The position numbers and the translations under genes were made by a program. Of a DNA stretch of 64,000 bases, positions 49,554 through 61,209 are shown piece by piece. The DNA comes from Podarcis tiliguerta. Lineage: Eukaryota. Location of the stretch: assembly GCA_965153285.1 (NCBI GenBank), contig OZ229121.1; one strand, 5' to 3'. The notes under the pieces are model-generated. The model did no database searches. It was not told the DNA's origin and worked only from the letters and a program-made list of their open reading frames with translations. The stretch's first letter is position 1. Every line of letters begins with the position of its first letter.

Positions 49554-51498
49554 TTAGTGAAAACAGCATACAAAAATGCATTCGATTTGGGAAAATTGCT
49601 TTGCAAAAATATATATATTAGGAGAAATTCATACTAAAATGCCGATGAATTTCCCAGACAACTTATTATTTTTTAATTGCTAAACTGATGTGGAAATGGG
49701 GAGAACTGAACTTTATAGATTGGAAAAATGAGAAGATGAGAGGAATGGAAATTGTGAGAATGTTCCCAGTCCTGAGTTTATTTTCCAGCTGCACATATAC
49801 TGCTTATTTTCTCCAGAGGGAAGCATGAGCATTAAAAAGAAAAGAAAAAGTTTATATGTAAAAAAGCACAGAACATCAAAACAAATAACTACAGAAATAA
49901 TAAAGGAAGATCAGACACCTGTACTTTTGGGGTGTATTAAATCTGAGCACTCTTAATAGGCCCTAAGCATATTTGGCCTCTAGCCAAGCCACTCATCTGC
50001 AAAGTGGCAGAAGTTCCTGCTGTTTTTTATTTTATTTTTTGCTCTGGTGTGCATTTCTTGACAGGCAGGGCCCAGCTGCTGCCTCATCTGCAGCTCTTCC
50101 GCTCATGCCAGCCAAGCTAGAAGACTGGCAAACCCCTGATCTGCATTATGCCAGCCTGGAGCTAGCATAGTAATGGGGCACAGTGCCACCAGTTGGTGGC
50201 ACTGGGGGGGGGGTGGCTTGGGATCCAGTGGATCCCAGCCTGGCTCAGCCCCCTGAAGACCCAATTTCCACACTTTCTGCAGGCTGTGGTGAGAATCCTG
50301 TTGGTCAGCAGAACAGGGAGCTCCACCGTGGGGGAGTGATGCCAGGACCACTTTTTAGGTGGAGCTGTTTTGGGTTGGGCAAAGAAGAACCTCCAGCCCC
50401 ATTCAACTCAGTGGATTTGTGTGAGTGGGTGGATTGTAGCCTCTTTGTTTGGAGCGGTAGAAGGAGATTCCTTTAAAACAGCAAAAAGAAGAGAAGCTAG
50501 GCATTGACATTTATGGCTCCCCAAACCTGCCTCAACTGACAGTCGTGTCTTTTGCCATGACACAGGCTAGAGATCTTGCTGTATGCAATTAGATAAGGCA
50601 AATCTAAAGCCAGGCACATTTGGACTGGGTGAGATGGCTTTTGTTTCGTTTGTGACAGCATTTTCCTGGACAATGAACTGTAAGTGATAAATGCAAATGT
50701 GTCCTTTCTCCCTGGGATGGGAAGTGATCTTTATCGGACCAGAGGAAGAGAAGCGCTCGTTTCCCTGATGCCATTTGTTGCATGCTCAATTGCATATTTT
50801 AGGTCCCATGACAAAGAAATGGAGGCAATGCCATATTCACAAATATACCCCACACAAGATGTGCGTTTCCCCAATTAAAGTTAGTAAAGAAAAGTTAGCC
50901 TAAGCAGCATAACATAGTGTTTACTGGTCTAATTATTCTAAGTATTTTATAAAACAGGAAAGTAAAAGGGCACATTCCAGAAAAAACCAAAGCCCACAGT
51001 AATTTAACCATTGATTTCAATGAGATTGGACGACACCAGAAGATTTGTCTTTACTATCTGCCCTCCTGGCTCTGAGGAGAGAACCCAGAATATGTCCTTT
51101 AAAAAGCAGTAACCTTTAATATCTGTATACCATAGTTTACAGTGGTCTAGTTCTATCCCTCCGGTGTGTGTGGACAACCTTCACTGGATATTATAATGGG
51201 AAAGTGAGCCCTGAAACAGAATTCTGATTCCTAACATGTATTAAGGAAAGTTGCATGGTGTAGCTGTCTTGGGATTGCACCACTTCAGATGAAGCATGCA
51301 TGATTGAATGGTTCCCAGTGTAAAAAATAAAAAGATAGAAAACTAGCAGGAAGAAGACCAGACAAGGATTGCCTGCCAAGCTAACTTACAACACAGGGAA
51401 GTATTGGGTAATGAACTCCCAACCTGCCTTCTGAAGTGGTACAGATTCTGGGGGCCAAGAAAGACCTGCAGTGCAGACATGGTCTACAAATCAGGGTA

Positions 51499-51800
51499 AA
51501 AAGGTAAAGGTACCCCTGACCATCAGGTCTAGTCGTGGACGACTCTGGGGTTGCGGCCCTCATCTCGCTCTATAGGCCAAGGGAGCTGGCGTTTGTCTGC
51601 AGACAGCTTCTGGGTCATGTGGCCAGCATGACTAAGCCACTTCTGGTGAAAGCAGAGCAGCGCATGGAAACGCCGTTTACCTTCCCACCAGAGTGGTACC
51701 TATTTATCTACTTGTACTTTGACGTGATTTCGAACAGCTAGGTGGGCAGGAGCTGGGACCGAACAACAGGAGCTCAGCCCGTCACAGGGATTCGAACCGC
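51499..51800 (-). mobile_element. 5'-truncated Sauria SINE with perfect 12-bp TSD
   Basis: TSD caaatcagggta at 51487-51498 and 51801-51812; the element keeps the B-box (ggattcgaacc on +) and stops just beyond it. Confidence 0.9.
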
Positions 51801-52947
51801 CAAATCAGGGTACCAGCAAATAAATGCCTAGACTGAAAGCCATACCAAGCTTCATCCATAGTGCAATTCCGCAAGCAACGAGGTTATTTGTGTGTTGCAG
51901 GGATTTTGCTTAAACTTTGTAGTATATACTGTTAGAGGTGGTATGTTGGAATAATTTTGCTGCTAACAATTGCAGCAAAACCTGAAGTGAGTTTGATAAA
52001 ACTGGAGCCAAAAATATCCTGAGATGTACAGGTATGCAGTGGACCACATAGCTCCTTTGTGTTCCAGTTTTTATAAAGAAAACCAGATGGCAACAGCAGA
52101 AAAAAAGCAACTGATTTAACAGTCATTTACAGGATACCTTAGAGATCAAGTAATTTGTTCCAAGTGCTTTAGCAGTAAAGGAAGAAGAACAAAAGATCAT
52201 TAATTGTAGGTTTCACTTGTCTGCAAAAGGACATAGATCAGCATGTGGGAAACCGCTGTATTTAAAGTTTGTTTTAGAAAATTGTTGTATGTCAATTGCA
52301 GTTTTGTAATTAGGCCCTTGTAGATGGTTTGCGGTTTTCAGTCTCATCCCCATAAAAGTCCTCTGTAGCCCAGGTCAAGAAGAGCATAGCAGTATCTTTC
52401 CTGCATGCTAGCTGACTGACGTCTTTGTAGACATTGGAACTTTGCTGGTTTACAGGACCTGAGGTGGGGTGGGGAATACAAAAAGGAAGTTATAATATGT
52501 TACAAACTTGGTGGAGACTCGGCAGATAATATTGTGGTGCGTTTGAGGATCGTGCGCAGGACAGACTTGCCTGCAGGGCAACAGAAGAGCAGAGCAAAGT
52601 CATTAGGCATGTGTATGAGAGAGACAGAGAGGCGAATGGATGTAGGCAGTCTTGGCATCATCAGTGTTGATGAAAGGAAGTTGCTAAGGAGGACAATATT
52701 TGTTTGATTCATTCCTGCCCTGGGCAACCAGCAGTAATAGATTCTCACTGCAAAGCAGGGGTGGGGAATTTTTTCCAGCTTGAGGGCCACACTTCCTTGT
52801 GGGGAACTGTCCAGTGGCTGCATGTGAGTGACAGGCAGAGCCAGAGGCAAAAATGAGTAGAACAATGGATGTGACCATTTTACCATGGTAAACACTGCGG
52901 CCAAGCAGAAGTCAGAGGTTTCTATAAACACACATTTCTCCATATTA

Positions 52948-53171
52948 CAGTGGTACCTTGGGTTAAAGATGCTTCAGGTTACATGCGCTTCAGGTTACAG
53001 ACTCCGCTAACCCAGAAATAGTACCTCGGGTTAAGAACTTTACTTCAGGATGAGAACAGAAATTGTGTGGCGGCAGCAGGAGGCCCCATTAGCTAAAGTG
53101 GTACCTCAGGTTAAGAACCGTTAAGAACGGACCTCCTGAACAAATTAAGTTCTTAACCCGAGGTACCACTG
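52948..53171 (+). mobile_element. MITE family A (inside an older hAT-like element at about 52757-53302)
   Basis: TA|cagtggtaccttgggtta ... gaggtaccactg|TA. Confidence 0.88.
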
Positions 53172-55763
53172 TATAACAGTTCAATGATAATAGCCCCGCC
53201 AGGTAAAATCAATTGAGGAGGGTGCAGAGGAAGGCCAGTGTCCTGAGGGCCAAAGAGCGAAAGACACACACATTCAGCCCTTGAGCTTGAGGTTACCTGT
53301 CTCTATATCCAGCAGTCCCCTTGTAGATAATGTCCTTTCAACCCCTTCAAGACTTAGGGTGCATGCCCGCTGAGGACCTGGATAGAAAGGTGGGAGATAG
53401 AAAAACACCCCCCCTTCTTTTTGGCTTGTGATGTTCTGCAGCTTACCTATGCTGCTGCAAGCCTTCCCCAGCCTAGTGCAATCCTATACTAGCAAGGGCT
53501 GATGGGAGTTGTAGTCCCAAACATCTGGAGGGCACCAGGCTGGTGAAGGCTGTGTTTCCTGACAGGAGAGGAGACAGTGTCCTAAATTCAGAGCTCACCT
53601 CATGCTTTTAGCTGGCAAATCTTGTGGACTGGCTACCCCCACAAAAAAACTAGGGGGGAAAATAGGTAAGATGAAATGCTATATGGAACTCCTTGAAAAA
53701 ATCAATACAAATATAGTGCTTTAGAAGCAAGACATGAGGAGATAAACCTGGATGCTGTTTTGATGACACCGGGATAAACTCCATCAGCAATATGGAATCT
53801 CACAGAAAAGTAAGCTGAAAAGCTGTGTGATCCACACTGATGATCCTTCTATTAAAAAGGTTGCATTCAACATTTCTCCCTAAAGGCTGATCGGTACTGA
53901 GCCTTCTCCCTCTGTTGGGAGGCAAAATAAGGACTTTAAAATAAACCACACACACTGAAACTGCGCAGAGAGTATTGTGCAGGACTGTCAGCCGTGTTAG
54001 ACCAAGAGAGTCAGGAAGGACTTTTCAGGACAGAGGGGTCCTAACCTCGGGTTTTCTTAACGTGTGTTTTTGTACTAGGACTCTGAATATACTCAAGACA
54101 CTTACTCTGGAATTAATTTGTATTGAATGCGGTGAAATTTGCTTGACACCGAGCTCCCCCCAGGCATCCTTCTGGAACGTTTAATTGATTCAGTTGGATT
54201 ACTGCCAGGTCTCTCAAATTTGTGGCGTGAAGTCTGAAAATCATGGCTGCAAACCAGAAGCCACAAGCCAAACCACTTGCATTTAAAATTAGTCTCAAAT
54301 CATTTCTCAGATGGAAGTATAAGGGTCTAAGGATTTGCAGCAAGTTGGTCAGGCGTGTGAAATCCTGATCGCGGTCCCTAGTATCCCAAGCAGTCACCTT
54401 CCTTTGCATCTGGCCTCAGAAAGCTCCTGTGTAGAATTTACTGCTTGGATCAATCAAGGTAGTTAAGTTGAAGGTGGGTTAAACAGTGCCAGTCCAAGGC
54501 CACATTCACAGTATACATTTAAAGTACCATGATACCGCTACTTGGAAAAAGATGCTCCACTGGGATTTGGCACTCTTAACCTCTACTTTCACCTGCCTCA
54601 GATGAGCCTCTATGTGATTTTTGTTTGTTTGGAGCGGGTGGCAGCAAGGGAAAGGGCAGGGGCAAAGGCGAGTGTTTTGTGTGCGTTCATACGGAATGTG
54701 TGCAAATCCCTCAAGCATTTGTGAGTCTTCACTCGGAACTTCCCAGGGGTGAGCAAAGCGATGCTCATCTCTCCTGACTGACAAGCAACAGGCCCTTGTT
54801 GTCGTTGTGCTTTTAAAAGTATTATAAAATTAAATGTTACTGTATTAATATTTAATGCAATAATTGAGGCCTTCTGTTTTTATGTTTTGGCTGTTCTGCA
54901 AGGATTCCTTCCCACCCTTTGACTGCTCATCACAAGCATTCTGGCTATGGGCCTATGTAGAAAATGGTGGGAACAATTCTAAAATGTCTTTCAAAAGCAC
55001 TGGGTTGATGGATAATTTATTACAAGTTTAGTGGCAGTGTTGAGTCACCGGACTGGCAGTATAACAACCCCTCCAAAGAAGCTACCATGCATATTGATTG
55101 AAGAAGCGCTTCCCAGGGTGCCTCTTACTGTTTGAATTGTTGATGCCTCTGAACTCCTCTCTCATGTTTGGCTTACAAAGATGCTAAAACAATAGGCGTG
55201 GGCTGCATGACGGGGGCAAGGCTTTTGAATACAGTGACATACACCACGTCACACATTAGTGTTCCATCTCCCAACACGGGCTGAAGGTCATAGGAGCCAT
55301 ACTGCCTGCCAAGGAGATGAGATGGAAAGAGGGATTCTGAGCAACGTACCATAGAAGATTGGCACTAATTACTGGTTTGAAGTGCAAACGGAATGCAAGG
55401 GAGCAGAAAGATGGCCCCATGTGGCAGAACAAACACTGACAGTCTTGACACTGCTGCTAGCGCTGACTGAAACACAATAGCTGGTAGCCATCTCCTACCA
55501 AAGCTCAATCTGTGCTGTCATACTGGGGACATCTCACTGTTGGGTAGTGGCACTGCCGCCAGTGCAAGGAGCCAGCTATTTCCTTCCTGATTGGTTTCCT
55601 GCTGTAAAATGAACCAGTTTTAAATCTGAGTCTGAGACTCAGATGATTACACAAATTAACTGCCTCTCTCTTAATTGCTGAGTAGATTGTTTATATCTAT
55701 TGCAAGCAAGTGTCAGCAAAGATTGCTTTTTGGGAGGATCTCTGATGAAAGGGTATGTTTGTC

Positions 55764-55776
55764 GTGTGTGTGTGTG

Positions 55777-55821
<45 letters not shown>
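55764..55821. repeat. (GT)n(CT)n compound microsatellite
   Basis: Direct reading. Confidence 0.95.
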
Positions 55822-55823
<2 letters not shown>

Positions 55824-55959
55824 GGTTGTTGTTTTCTAAGCTACCAGCTTGTTTAGAGCAAGAAAACCATCTCTATTGCCTTCCTCAACTTTGTTACATA
55901 GTTAATGACTGGGTCCCCCTGCAATATGTCATTGGCATCCATCTGTCTCGGGAGACGAT

Positions 55960-56835
55960 GGAAGAGTGTGCTGCCTTTGGAGATGAGAGTCTAACTGTTG
56001 GAAGGTTGCAGCACCTGCTGTGGCTGTAGAGACTGATATGGAGAGACATGTTTTGTTGCAGCCGGGGCAGATGAAGGGGTCCAGTTGTTCTGATGCAGAT
56101 GTACCATGTGCTTCTTCCTTCTGCACTCCTTGCAGCAGTCATTCCTCCTCTGGGCACTGTTGTGGATACATCACCTGAGTGATTGTCTCCAGGCTCTTGA
56201 GGTCATCTGAAAGGGATTCCCACACAGCGGGGTTGATGTTGGCAACCTTCATGTCCTATTTCCAGACATCTCTGTAACAGAGTTGGTTTGCCAACAGACC
56301 TGGTGTCTGAAGCCATGTCCCCATAGAGCACATCCTTGCAGATCCTGCCGCCTTCCATTCTGTGTACATGATCAAGCCAGCATAAGCATCACTGAGATAG
56401 AAGTGCAAACATGCTAGGAATGTGGACTTGGGAGAACACATCTTTGTTTGAGACCCTGTCCTGCTATGTGATGCCCAAAATAGTCCTGACACATTCAGGC
56501 ATCACTCCTGGCAGGTTTAAGTTGCCCACGACTCACTTCCATAAAGCAGCATGCTCAACACGCAAACCTGGTAGACCTTCATCTTGGTATTGGACATTAG
56601 AACCACATTCTCCCATACACTTTTGGAGAGGCGAGCCATTGCTGTAGCTGCCTTGCCAATACGATTTGTCTAGCTCAGCATCAATGGAAAGGTTGTTGGT
56701 TATGCTGGAATCCAGGCAGACAAAATCATCTACCACCTCAAGCATGTGGTCACCAGTGTTGATGTGTAGAGTGCTGGGGATGTTCTGACCCAGGATGTTG
56801 GCCTTTGTCAAGCTGATGGTAAGGCCAAAACCACT
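55960..56835 (-). mobile_element. RTE-clade LINE ORF2 C-terminal fragment, frameshifted
   Basis: Minus strand: FGLTISLTKANIL...LEVVDDFVCLDSSITNNLSIDAELDK, then in a shifted frame IGKAATAMARLSKSVW...TKMKVYQVCVLSMLLYGSESW. These are characteristic RTE post-RT motifs. Confidence 0.85.
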
Positions 56836-56857
56836 CCAGATGTACATTCCCCCTATA

Positions 56858-57352
56858 CAGTGGTACCCTGGTTCTCAAATGCCTTGGTACTCAAACAACT
56901 TGCAACCCAAGCACTGCAAAGTGTTCCAGTTGCGAACTTTTTTTGGAAGCCAAACATGCTCCGCTTCCGATTTGAGTGCCAAAACTTCTGTTTGGGGTTC
57001 TATGCTTCCATTTTGAGTGCCACGCTTCCCTTTTGGGTTCCATGCTTCCATTTTGAGTGTTACGCTAAGCTCTGTTTGTTTTTGCGGTTCTTTTGTGTGT
57101 GTTACTGTGTGGAACCAAGTTCAGCTACTGACTGATTGACTGTGTGACCACAGTACTTTGTTTATTGCTTTCATTTTATGGATCAATGGTCTCATTAGAT
57201 AGTAAAATTCATGTTAAACGGCTGTTTTAGGGGTTGTTTTTAAAAGTTGGGAATGGATTACTCCATTTTGCATTACTCTCAATGGGAAAGCGTGCCTTGG
57301 GTTTGGAACTCTTTGGTTTTGGACTTCCAGTTTGAGAACCAAGGTTCCACTG
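56858..57352 (+). mobile_element. MITE family B with internal 20-bp tandem array
   Basis: TA|cagtggtaccctggttctcaaa ... tttgagaaccaaggttccactg. Confidence 0.82.
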
Positions 57353-58149
57353 CACGGAATTGTTTTGCATTAATTGCAGCAAGTGAAGTTGACCTGTCAA
57401 AAGACTTGGCCTGGCTGTGTGCTTTAGTTTGTATGGTGGGAAAAGGAAGAGTTATTAACAGAACCCTTTTAACTGACTTAACAGCTCTTGGAGCAGGCCA
57501 GCCATTTGTTGTGATAGCTGTTGTTTTGGAAATGAGCGAAGCTAAGCATCCTGGCTGCTCTCCTTTTAAAGCATATCAATGGCTGGAAAAGCCTCCAGGC
57601 CTCTCTGGCTCTGCGTGCACCAGTTCAGATATATGGCTCGAGTGAACAATGGATCAAAGGCTTGGACTGCACAAAAGAGAGTGATCCAAGTTTTCAAGCC
57701 CAGACGGACCAACGGGATAGGATGTTTCACTTTAGTGAGCTTTCTCAGCAAAAGCAAATCTTTCTTGTCAAGTTATGCAAACTCCCCTTAGGTGCTCCAC
57801 CCTAAATTGCCACAATAAAAGTGAAGGTTAAAGATTCGTATCAGAGTAAACTTGTGCAGAGGATGTACAGATTACAAAGCAGGAGCAACAAAAAGAAGCT
57901 GTCTCCTACTAAGCCGGGCCATTGCTCACAGGAACGCAGGAATAGCCTGCAGGATCAGGAGCAATGGCCCAGCATCCCCTTCTCACAGTGGCCAACCAGA
58001 TGCCTCAATGGGAAACCAGGAAGCAGGATTAAAGCACAATCGCACTCTCCACTCCTGTGGCTTCCAGCAACTGGTATTCAGAAGCATTGCTGCCTCCAAT
58101 TGTGTCGGCTGAGCATAGCCATTGTGGCTGACAGCCTGGCTCAGTATTA

Positions 58150-58600
58150 CCGTATTTTTCACTCCATAAGACGCACCTTTATCCTCCAAAAAAGTAAGGG
58201 GAAATGTCTGTGCATCTTATGGAGCGAATGTGTGGTCGATCACTGGCTCCCTTTCCGGCCCCGCCCCCTTGCCCAGGCCTCCATTGTTGAATGTTCTGCA
58301 GAAGGAGGCTGTTTCCCCAGCAACATGTGACTGGCTGATTAGATTATCTGTCTTGAAACTGTAGAAAGGGCTCCCTTTCCTTTCCTAAAGAAGTTGTAGA
58401 ACTGTGAGTTGAATCCCATAAAAACAGGATTTTTTCCCCTTTGCAAAGTAAGCTCAACAACTTTGAGCTGATCCTCAAAAAAGGGACTTTTCCCCTTTGC
58501 AAAAGAAGCTGCATAACTGTGAGCTGATCCCTCCCAAAATGGGGCTTTCCCCATTTCCTCCTCTAAAAACTAGGTGCGTCTTATGGAGCGAAAACTACGG
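58150..58600. mobile_element. Tc2/pogo-like MITE with internal ~55-bp tandem repeats
   Basis: TA|ccgtatttttcactccataagacgcacc ... ggtgcgtcttatggagcgaaaactacgg|TA. Confidence 0.85.
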
Positions 58601-60462
58601 TAGTTTACCTAGAGCAGTATTATTCACTGTAGGCTTTCCGGTCCCCTTCACCAGGTGCTGGAGTACAATTCCCACCAGCCATGCTGGGTTACTTTTCAGC
58701 TTCTAAAGCAGAGGTTTTCCTCATTACCTACTAATTGACCCTTATAAGGGGAGGTGCCAGGCATTGAACCCCAGGACCATCGCCTTATAAGGCATGCGTT
58801 CTACCACTGAGTCATAGTCCACCCATCAGGTCTCATTTGGGTAAGAAGCACAAGAACATTGTCAGTTGAAATCGCTTCCTTTGCAGCTCAGTGCCAGCGT
58901 TGTTTGGGGAAGAAGTGCAGTCTTGAGGTTTCGCTCTTCAACTGGAGTCCAGCATCAGAGTTCCGTTTCGCCCCCTCCCCCCGCCCCCAGATCTCTTTTG
59001 TCTTTCCCAGAGCATCTGTGGCTGTGGCAGTCAGGTTTAGCAAGTTACCACAGTACTCAGGGTTGTAACATGCTAAGGTTTACTTTAAAAGTGCTCCGTA
59101 AACCTCTTTCAGAAGTGGGTGGGTGAATAAGCAAGTAATGGAACAGTAGAAGAGATTAAATGTTTGTTCTCAGTGGGATATCTTCCCAACACTGTAAAAA
59201 AATACACTAATGGGATTTGTGGGGTGGTGAAGAGGGGACTCAAAAGGACTTTGAGGAAAAATAATGCATTAAAATTAAAGTAGTAAAAAAAGCAAAAAAT
59301 AAAGTAAAATAAAATACAGCAGTATATTCCCTTTCCTTAAGCGCTGCAATCAAATCACCGAGTCAATTTGGGACATTTAGTTCAGTATTGTCATCACAGA
59401 CTGGCAGCTGCTGTCCAGGGTTCCACAGCTCTTTCCTAGCTATGTCTGATTATGCCAAAGGATCTAGCCTGGAGCCTTTCCCCAATTTGTCGTCCTCAGT
59501 CCTTTTTTGGGGGGGGGGGGCACAGGACAGAGATGCTCCTATGGCTTATCAAACCACTGCTCCCTCTAGCCTACAAAATGCCATCCTTGGCTTCTAGGGC
59601 AAAAGCTATTTCCCAGCCCTGCCATGACCAGGGCCCCTTGAAGCTGGAACTGTAAAGGATTGAACACGGGACCCTTCTACATGTACAGAAGGCATTGTGC
59701 CCTTGGGCCACGACCTTTCCCCTAAAGTAACTGTGACCTAAATTTGTCCGTCAGGACAATGCACGGTGAGAACATCTATTCATGGAATAATTTTGGCCCG
59801 GTATCTGTGGCGTAAGAGACATAAGCATTGCCTGCAAACGGGTAAGAGGCATCTCCTAGGAATACATAGGCAGGCGTGAGTAGCTGTCTGTCTGCAATTT
59901 GTTGCAGTCCTGACAGGGTCTGTTTTATGTCTTATCATTTGGGTGGCAGAAGCAAATGTGTTACCCAACCAACTCTGCATTTCATCAACTTCAGTATCCT
60001 GTTTCTGACAATGGTAGCTTACCCCCAAGAAGCTGATGTCTAACCCTTTTTTTAATTCTCCAATGCTTTTTTTATATATAGTTTTAAAAATGCTTTAACC
60101 TGCTGCTTTTAACTGCTGATCGTACTTGTTTTGAGTTAGGTCTGATTTTGTAAGGATCTGGGCTAATTTTGATTTGTGTTTCTTTCTGATGAGAGCTTCT
60201 TTGGAAACCATTTGATTGAAAGGCGCAGTATCTACATGCATGAAACCAAAACAAACCTTTATTTCACAGCACTGTTGAAGTCCAGCTGACAAGAGCCAGT
60301 GTACTCCTCCAGATCTTTTACTTTACAAGGGTGGGGGAAATACTCGTAGTAGTGCTTCTATGCTAATCTAAGCTGCGAACACACTTGGAACGTATTGCCT
60401 GTGGTTCTGGCCATCTGGCCTCAAAAGGATTCTGTAGAGCTGGGGACAGAGCAACTCCCCTT

Positions 60463-60707
60463 AAGAAGAGTTTGGATTTGATATCCCGCTTTATCACTAC
60501 CCTAAGGAGTCTCAAAGCGGCTAACATTCTCCTTTCTCTTCCTCCCCCACAACAAACACTCTGTGAGGTGAGTGGGGCTGAGAGACTTCAGAGAAGTGTG
60601 ACTAGCCCAAGGTCACCTAGCAGCTGCATGTGTTGGAGCGGGGAATCAAACCCAGTTCACCAGATTACGAGTCAACTGCTCTTAACCACTACACCACACT
60701 GGCTCTC
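60463..60707 (-). mobile_element. Squam3-like SINE, inserted into a CR1 remnant
   Basis: Reverse complement of the 22757-23010 element. Confidence 0.82.
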
Positions 60708-60787
60708 AAGGAAAGGTTCCTCTCTTAAGGAAAAGTTGCTGCGCTTGGGACTTTTTAGTTTAGAGATAAGGCAAGTAAGAGATGGCA

Positions 60788-60932
60788 TCTGGGACAGCTC
60801 AGTCAGTAGAGCACGAGACTCTTAACCTCAGGGTCATGGGTTCAATTCCCATGTTTGGCAAAAGATCCCCACATTGCAGGGATGTGTGGATTAGATGGTC
60901 CTTTCCAAATCTACAGTTCTATGATTCTGTGA
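60788..60932 (+). mobile_element. SINE with tRNA-Lys(CTT)-derived head and CR1-type tail
   Basis: agctcagtcagtagagcacgagactcttaacctcagggtcatgggttcaattcccatgtttggca is colinear with the recalled tRNA-Lys(CTT); then agatccccacattgcaggg...ttccaaatctacagttctatgattctgtga. Confidence 0.78.
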
Positions 60933-60934
60933 AG

Positions 60935-61209
60935 TCTGTAGTTATGGAACTCACTTCCACAAGAGACAGTGATGGCCACCAACTTCAGTGGCTTTAAAAG
61001 AGAATTAGACAAATACACGGAGGACGAGCCCATCAACAGCTGTTAGCCACAGTGGCATCATGCAGGGAATCACAGGTGGACCGAGTGCTGTTGTGCTCAT
61101 GTCCAGCTTGCAGGCTTCACACAGGCACCTGGTTGGCCACTGTTAACAACAGGATGCCGGACTGGCTGGGTCACTGGCCCGACTGCACAGCCTCCTGCAC
61201 GTTCTTATG
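60935..61209 (+). mobile_element. CR1-type LINE 3' fragment (host continues from about 60420-60787)
   Basis: tatggaactcacttccacaagag..gtgatggccaccaacttcagtggctttaaaagagaattagacaaat...caggatgccggactgg...gttcttatg. Confidence 0.7.
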
